Shown here: one piece after another, positions 58,559 through 64,000 of the stretch
How the letters are laid out: each line of letters opens with the position of its first letter
Numbering within the stretch: the first letter of the stretch is position 1
DNA from: Lysobacterales bacterium
GTDB lineage: Bacteria; Pseudomonadota; Gammaproteobacteria; Xanthomonadales; SZUA-38
Assembly: GCA_028285525.1 (NCBI GenBank)
Contig: JANQOZ010000106.1
Span: 18,822-82,821 of the forward strand
DNA length: 64,000 nucleotides
Direction: 5' to 3'
Translations under genes and position numbers: made by a program
The notes under the pieces: model-generated
Seen by the model: only the letters and a program-made list of their open reading frames with translations
Databases searched by the model: none
What the model was told of the DNA's origin: nothing

Positions 58559-58843
58559 ATGGCAGAGCCAACAATCACCTTCGGAAGCCGATCCATTGCC
58601 ATCCACCTCATCAGAGGCGCCGGGGCCGCGGCTGTCCTGTGGGCAGGTTTTTTGGCCAGCCAAATCAGCCCCTGGCTGACGCTTCTGAGCGTCTTTTTTG
58701 CGCTGTGGCTGATGCGGGGCTGCCCGCTTTGCTGGACGATCGGGTTGTTTGAGACGCTTTCTTTTCGGCGCAAGAATCACGACATCGACGCGAACCGGTC
58801 CTCGGCCGCGGAGCCGTCGAGTGTTCGCGCGCCGCTGCAATAG
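58559..58843 (+). CDS. Small two-TM membrane protein, DUF2892/YgaP-TM-like (CPLC motif)
   Basis: 94 aa with two hydrophobic helices and RGCPLCWTIGLFET, which resembles the G-x-CP-x-Y/W-x-x-G end of DUF2892 proteins. Coding status is uncertain. Confidence 0.45.
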   Translation: MAEPTITFGSRSIAIHLIRGAGAAAVLWAGFLASQISPWLTLLSVFFALWLMRGCPLCWTIGLFETLSFRRKNHDIDANRSSAAEPSSVRAPLQ

Positions 58844-58925
58844 CCGCCGTTTGCCGGTCAGCTATCCGCCGATTGACCCCTGAGGCAAATTCGCAGTCGA
58901 GCATGGTAATTGCGACGGTTGCGTT

Positions 58926-61784
58926 CTAGCCTTCAAACCCATTCCTGAACAGGAGCCGGCCTGCCGGGCGTGGCAGTGGGCGCAGCGACCCGGCGGGTGC
59001 GGAGGCGGGAACGTTGGGGTCACGCATGCCGGACCGGTTGCCGTCAAACGAAAAGAGCTCCCAGCCGGTTGACTGATCCTCTGGTGGTGGCAGCCCCTCC
59101 AAAACAGCGGGCGGCAGGACGGACAGGTCCTCAGCTTCCTGCGTACCTGCAAAATATAGCCGCGTGCCCGCAGCAATGGTGAGCTGTTGGACAGATCCGT
59201 CAGTAAATAGTGGCGGCGCCGTCGCGAGTTCGTTGCGAAAGATCGAAAAATGATTGTCTTCCTCCGCCATCAGCCACAGCTCGCTCTGGTAGCTTTGGGA
59301 TGAGGGAAACCGCTGCCTCACATAGGCAAAGAAGCCGTTGAAGCTCTGAAACTCGCCGAAGAGGTTATCGGAGATGTCGTCAGACCAGGGAACCATGACG
59401 GCCTGAGTGCCCGCCGGCGTTCCGTCCGTACGCCAGAAGGTGGCGCTGCGGTTACTGGTGTTGTTGACGGCGAAGTAGACAAAACCGTTGTGCAGCGCCG
59501 AGCGATTGAGGCTGTCGTTGCCGATGCTGTGCGGCAGCATAAACAGCCGGTGAGTACCGGCAGGCGTGCCGTCGCTGACGTAGACCCCACCCGCGTCGTT
59601 GTCATACATCAGCGCCAGGCCGCCCAGGCCGCGGTTGTTGAGCAGTCGCAGCCCATTGGGCGGCGCATCGCTGCCCAGCCAGCTGCTTACGGGTGTGGCC
59701 AGGGTTTCATCGTTGGCAACAAAGTAAACGTCTCGCGCGGCCGGCGCGTTGGCGTCGATGAACAGCCCGTTTCGCATCGGTGCGGAACCCCACACCACGC
59801 CGGAAGCGGGAAGCTCGATGTTCTGGGTGCCGCCTGGGTAGCCATCGCTACGCCAGACAAAACCATTGGGGGCACCGCCAACATCCGGCAGGGCAACAAA
59901 ATACAGCTGCTCGTCGACGCTGTTGAGTATTTGATAACCCGCAGCCGGGATACCGTTATAGGTCGCTCTGGCGAAAACGCGGGTTTGCGCCGGCGTGCCG
60001 TCGCTTTGCCACAGCGCCAGGTCGGTCAGGCCATCACCATCGGGTGGCCGGGCCCGGAAGATCTGCAGGTCACCCAGCTGAAACGGGTCACTTTGCATGA
60101 GCGGCTCAAGATTGGTCTCCGTCAGCGCCCCGGTTTTGGCATCCAGACGATACCACTGGGTTTCGATGCCCTTGGCGTGCGCCGATTTATTGCCGACAAA
60201 AAGGATCAGAAACGCGTCGTCGACCGCAAAAGCAGCGTTGACGCTGCGGTCATTGCGGCAGAGAAAGGGGGTCTCGCCGTTGATGTTGACAGGTGATGGC
60301 GGGCCAACAGGGCGGTGGAGAAAATACGTTGTCAGGCGCTGGCTTCCATTGACCAGCCCGTTGTAGGCGCAGCTCAAGGCCACGTCTCCCGAGGTTGCCA
60401 CAATCCGGCTACCGCTGTCTTCAGGCCCCTCGACAGCCTCACCCACCGACTCAGCCTCCACCTCGCTGAGCGGAACCAGCAGCTCAAAAAGCTCGCTGCC
60501 TTCTACCAGGGACAAGGATGACTGGCGCAGGCGAAAGTAGTTGAGCACGTCCAGCCGACCCGCGCTGTCTGTTCCCATCCGGGCATACGTTCGGGAATAG
60601 AGATTGACAAAAAAACTGGTTCCAAACTCGGTCGTCATCGGGACATCGATGACCACACTCTCCGGAAAGGCCTCCAGGGGCTGCGGCTGACCGCCGGAAA
60701 TCTGCACCACTCTCTCGGTTCGCTGCAGTTCGATGAAATCGGATTCAGTGGGGTCTCGGAATCCCCGGTAGTAGTGGTCGTCATCAGGGGCTGGTGTTTC
60801 CAGGCGCAGAAGGTCCAGCGAGCGATAAAAGGTGGCCGGCGATGCTCCGGCCCACTCGGCGCCAAACAGGTCGTCTTCCAGCGTCGGCACCCCGTCACTG
60901 GTGAACAGCAGGGATTCGGCCTGGCCCCAGCTGCAGTCCAGGACGTTTGGATCAAAAGCGCAGCTAAAAGAGCTCAGCGAATCCGGCGGGTGGGCCCAGG
61001 AGACATAGTTGGCGTATTTTAGACTGAACAGAACCGGGACCGAGGTAGGAACCTCTGCGCCGTCAGGAAGATCACCGCGAAGCACCAGCTGGTATGGCAG
61101 CGTGACCAGCCCTTCGTGCTCCAGGCTGTCGACGTTGACGTAGTCAGCCGGCGCATTGCGATCCGGCAGCGTCCCGATCGGGTCGAGCACGCTGTTGCGT
61201 CCGACGCTCACCCTCACGCTGTTCAGTAAACCCGTGCCCGACCCACCTCGATTTCTGAACTTGTCCGCAAAACTGTACCCCTCGGTGTGCCAGCCTCGAG
61301 GCGTCAAATCAGGTGCCCAGAAGTTGTTCTCGGCGGTAGCCGGGAACGGCTCATAGGGTGAAAAAAAGCCTGGACCCGTGAAGTCGTCATCGAACCGGGT
61401 TCCAATGCATTGGAGGCCGAAATATCCCGGCGACAGATTAAAAAACGCGCCCTGACACCACTCTTCGGGCGTGATATCAAAAGAAAGCAGGGGTTCCTGG
61501 GTAGGCAGGGTTGTGTTGTAGATCTCCGGTCCGCCGGGATTGTAGAACACGCCGGGGTTCAGATCGCCTTCTTCAATTCGCTGTACGTATAGCCCCTCGT
61601 CACCAAAAGAGGGGTAGAAATCCAGCGCTTCAAAGTCAGACCGCAGTTCATATTTAGCGCCGCGCAGAAAGGCCGTGCTCGGCCAGGTCCCCAGGATCTG
61701 CGCAGGAGCACCACCTTGCGCCCAGGCGCCTGAAACCATGAGCAGCCCCAGGGCTGCCAAAGAGTGAATAGTCCGAACAGCCAT
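58926..61784 (-). CDS. Secreted ELWxxDGT-repeat beta-propeller-like protein
   Basis: Signal peptide MAVRTIHSLAALGLLMVSGAWAQG. Repeats: LALWQSDGTPAQT, FVWRSDGYPGGT, VYVSDGTPAGT, TFWRTDGTPAGT and ELWLMAE. The protein ends LFRNGFEG-stop. Confidence 0.8.
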   Translation of the reverse strand: MAVRTIHSLAALGLLMVSGAWAQGGAPAQILGTWPSTAFLRGAKYELRSDFEALDFYPSFGDEGLYVQRIEEGDLNPGVFYNPGGPEIYNTTLPTQEPLLSFDITPEEWCQGAFFNLSPGYFGLQCIGTRFDDDFTGPGFFSPYEPFPATAENNFWAPDLTPRGWHTEGYSFADKFRNRGGSGTGLLNSVRVSVGRNSVLDPIGTLPDRNAPADYVNVDSLEHEGLVTLPYQLVLRGDLPDGAEVPTSVPVLFSLKYANYVSWAHPPDSLSSFSCAFDPNVLDCSWGQAESLLFTSDGVPTLEDDLFGAEWAGASPATFYRSLDLLRLETPAPDDDHYYRGFRDPTESDFIELQRTERVVQISGGQPQPLEAFPESVVIDVPMTTEFGTSFFVNLYSRTYARMGTDSAGRLDVLNYFRLRQSSLSLVEGSELFELLVPLSEVEAESVGEAVEGPEDSGSRIVATSGDVALSCAYNGLVNGSQRLTTYFLHRPVGPPSPVNINGETPFLCRNDRSVNAAFAVDDAFLILFVGNKSAHAKGIETQWYRLDAKTGALTETNLEPLMQSDPFQLGDLQIFRARPPDGDGLTDLALWQSDGTPAQTRVFARATYNGIPAAGYQILNSVDEQLYFVALPDVGGAPNGFVWRSDGYPGGTQNIELPASGVVWGSAPMRNGLFIDANAPAARDVYFVANDETLATPVSSWLGSDAPPNGLRLLNNRGLGGLALMYDNDAGGVYVSDGTPAGTHRLFMLPHSIGNDSLNRSALHNGFVYFAVNNTSNRSATFWRTDGTPAGTQAVMVPWSDDISDNLFGEFQSFNGFFAYVRQRFPSSQSYQSELWLMAEEDNHFSIFRNELATAPPLFTDGSVQQLTIAAGTRLYFAGTQEAEDLSVLPPAVLEGLPPPEDQSTGWELFSFDGNRSGMRDPNVPASAPAGSLRPLPRPAGRLLFRNGFEG

Positions 61785-62087
61785 ATCCCTATGTCACTTT
61801 TTCTGTCCTCACTGACTATCTGGACGAAGCGAAGGCAACAAGCGTCTCAGTAGCGCCGGAAACCGAAAGGGGCACGCGGCGGATTGTCCACGCCGTTGAG
61901 GCTTTGGTCACAGCAAAGGCCCATGGATAGAGTGATCAGCCTGAGCAATACGCTTTGGTGGATCATCGAGCTGTCCGAATTTCTTCGATTGCCGCGCAAA
62001 GCACGCTTCCGACGCGGTATTGTCTGCGGCCGACGAGTAATCGAGTTCACTCGCTATCTTGGTCAAGGCCGCTTAATCTTTCCCGCT

Positions 62088-62873
62088 ATGACGCTAAAGC
62101 AATTTCAGGTGGATGCCTTCGCTTCTCGACCTTTTGAGGGAAACCCGGCGGCGGTTTGCCCGCTCGCGCGCTGGTTGAGCGACGAGCGGCTCCAGGCGAT
62201 CGCTGCAGAAAACAACCTATCAGAAACGGCCTTTCTTGTTCCGGATGGCGACAGCTTTCAGCTGCGTTGGTTTACGCCGCGCAGCGAGGTGGATCTCTGT
62301 GGTCACGCGACGCTGGCCACGGCGCACGTGCTGTTCGAAGAGCTGGGCTACGGTGAGCCAAGCATCAACTTCAATACTCGCAGCGGTCGGCTGACGGTCG
62401 AACGGCTCGATGGTGCGCTTGTCATGGACTTTCCTGCCCAGCCGCCTGAACCCTGTGACGCGCCAGAGGTGCTGATCGAAGGCCTCGGCGTAAAGCCGGT
62501 TGCGGTCCTGGCAGCGGACGACTATATCGTGGTGGTCGAGAGTGAGGCGGCGGTCCGGTCGGTGCAACCCAATCACGCGCTGCTCAGCGAAATCGACCTG
62601 CGAGGTGCCATCGTGACTGCGGCGGGAAACGACGTCGATTTTGTCAGCCGGTTTTTTGCGCCAGCGCTCGGTGTCCCCGAGGATCCGGTCACCGGTTCAG
62701 CCCACTGCGAGCTGGCGCCCTACTGGGCGGATCAGCTCGGCAAAAACCGCATGACAGCCCGACAACTGTCGGCCAGGAGCGGCGAGGTGATCTGCGAGCT
62801 ACGCGGAGACCGGGTTGTGCTGACCGGCCAGGCCGTCACCGTGATGCGAACGGAATGGCTGATCGACCTCTAG
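62088..62873 (+). CDS. PhzF-family isomerase-like protein
   Basis: The ATG at 62088 gives MTLKQFQVDAFASRPFEGNPAAV...NLSETAFLV...FTPRSEVDLCGHATLA...DPVTGSAHC, which are PhzF/YddE signatures. The track ORF is extended by 68 codons at the N-terminus. Confidence 0.9.
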   Translation: MTLKQFQVDAFASRPFEGNPAAVCPLARWLSDERLQAIAAENNLSETAFLVPDGDSFQLRWFTPRSEVDLCGHATLATAHVLFEELGYGEPSINFNTRSGRLTVERLDGALVMDFPAQPPEPCDAPEVLIEGLGVKPVAVLAADDYIVVVESEAAVRSVQPNHALLSEIDLRGAIVTAAGNDVDFVSRFFAPALGVPEDPVTGSAHCELAPYWADQLGKNRMTARQLSARSGEVICELRGDRVVLTGQAVTVMRTEWLIDL

Positions 62874-62948
62874 CCGATCTCTTTTGCGGTCCGCCGTTAT
62901 GTCCAAGCCCTTCAAACACCCAGCTGTCCGCCCTCAAGGAGTCCATCA

Positions 62949-63623
62949 ATGATCACCGTTCATCATCTGGAAAACTCTCGCTCGCAGCGAATCCTTTGGC
63001 TGCTCGAAGAGCTCGGCGTCGACTACGAAATTCAGCACTACGAAAGAGACAAAAAGACGAGCCTGGCTCCCCAGGCATTGTTCAACGTCCACCCGCTGGG
63101 TAAGTCGCCGGTGATCACCGACGGTGACGTGACGGTGGCTGAAACGGGCGCCATCTTTGAATACGTGATGGATCAATACGCTGATGGGCGGCTTCGCCCG
63201 GGAGACGACGCTGCCGCAAAGCGCGCCTACACCTACTGGCTGCACTACGCAGAAGGCACCATCATGCCGCTGATGGTGATGTCCCTGATCTTCAACAAAA
63301 TCGAAACCGCTCCGATGCCGTTCTTCGTCAAGCCGATCGCGAAGGGCATTGTCCGGGAGGTGAACAAGAGCTATCTCGGACCCAACATGGAGCGAAACCT
63401 CGAATTCATCGAGGCATCGCTGTCGCAGTCCACGTGGTTTACCGGCCAGGAGATGACGGCGGTCGATATTCTCATGAGCTTTCCCATCGAGGCGGCGGCT
63501 GCACGGGGCGGGCTGCTGGACGGTCGTCCGAAGATGAAGGCCTTTCTGACGCGTATCGGCACGCTGCCGGCCTATCGGCGCGCGCTGGAGCGGGGCGGCG
63601 ACTACGCCTACGCGGCCATTTGA
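62949..63623 (+). CDS. Glutathione S-transferase
   Basis: 224 aa. The N-terminal thioredoxin-like domain (MITVHHLENSRSQRILWLLEELGVDYEI...HPLGKSPVITDGD) and the helical C-terminal domain are both present. Confidence 0.92.
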   Translation: MITVHHLENSRSQRILWLLEELGVDYEIQHYERDKKTSLAPQALFNVHPLGKSPVITDGDVTVAETGAIFEYVMDQYADGRLRPGDDAAAKRAYTYWLHYAEGTIMPLMVMSLIFNKIETAPMPFFVKPIAKGIVREVNKSYLGPNMERNLEFIEASLSQSTWFTGQEMTAVDILMSFPIEAAAARGGLLDGRPKMKAFLTRIGTLPAYRRALERGGDYAYAAI

Positions 63624-63688
63624 GACCGTGATCTGCGTCCTGTAGTTGAGCTCAATTCGAACCCGACGACCGCCGCCGTGCGGTCCGT

Positions 63689-64000
63689 CTAGCCGGCTTC
63701 GTCCTGCAGACGGACCGGCCCCGGACCCTGTGCGGCTAATTCGTCTTCCGGGTTGTAGATCGGACAGCTTTCCAGCGACAGGCAGCCGCAGCCGATGCAA
63801 CTCGTCAGACTGTCTCGGAGCGTCTCCAGCCGCGCGATGCGATCATTCAGCTTATTGCGCCATCGCATGGACATCTGCGACCAGGCCTTCTTACCCGGCG
63901 CCCGGTAACGCGGCAGCGGCGCAAACACCTCAGCGATTTCCTCAAGCGATATACCCAGCTTTTGCGCCGCTTTGATCACCGACACACGACGGATTACGTC
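63689..64000 (-). CDS. soxR: SoxR-type MerR-family redox-sensitive regulator (N-terminus beyond window end)
   Basis: The C-terminal [2Fe-2S] motif CIGCGCLSLESCPIYNP is diagnostic. The reading frame stays open to base 64000 (…VIRRVSVIKAAQKLGISLEEI), so the HTH is only partly inside the window. Confidence 0.9.
   Translation of the reverse strand, partial: DVIRRVSVIKAAQKLGISLEEIAEVFAPLPRYRAPGKKAWSQMSMRWRNKLNDRIARLETLRDSLTSCIGCGCLSLESCPIYNPEDELAAQGPGPVRLQDEAG

Noticed and set aside
62946-63800. 284-aa minus-strand ORF covering the GST gene
   Set aside because: It is antisense to a clear glutathione S-transferase and runs into the soxR 3' end. It shows no motifs and has Arg/His/Gly-rich shadow composition.

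Overview
High-GC gammaproteobacterial chromosome segment. No rRNA, tRNA, CRISPR array, integrase or transposase was recognised. The anchor is a complete F1Fo ATP synthase operon, atpIBEFHAGDC (9.66-16.94 kb, + strand).

Flanking the operon is GC-rich DNA. It is unusually dense in large signal-peptide proteins built from extracellular repeat folds: beta-helix, seven-blade FG-GAP propeller, PD40 propeller, PQQ-dehydrogenase propeller, G8 domain, ELWxxDGT propeller and a PPC domain. It also carries c-di-GMP genes (EAL-HDOD, GGDEF), an ECF sigma/anti-sigma pair, an RND efflux pair, and Lrp, AraC and SoxR regulators plus small housekeeping genes.

Directly after the atpC hairpin lies a visibly more AT-rich accessory block of about 25 kb (about 17.0-41.8 kb) with no mobility genes. 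It encodes:
- a cytoplasmic M6-type metalloprotease, an animal-type haem peroxidase, a small unknown protein and an exported TPR-CHAT protease;
- two divergent ECF sigma genes, one with an anti-sigma and one with a 740-aa flavoprotein;
- a degenerate-cyclase/STAND/TPR NTPase converging on a winged-helix regulator;
- a LuxI/FeeM-fold acyltransferase, a haem-oxygenase-like di-iron enzyme and a vanadium haloperoxidase;
- a Sel1-repeat membrane protein.

The two observations I rate highest:
1. A short extreme C-terminal tag (hydrophobic-F-x-[DN]-[GS]-[FL]-E, then 0-3 residues, then stop) is shared by six otherwise unrelated secreted proteins. It also occurs once internally, exactly at a PPC-domain junction.
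2. The CHAT/peroxidase/ECF and haloperoxidase modules of the AT-rich block do not match any characterised system I know.

All functional calls come from motif recognition in the supplied translations; no database search was run.
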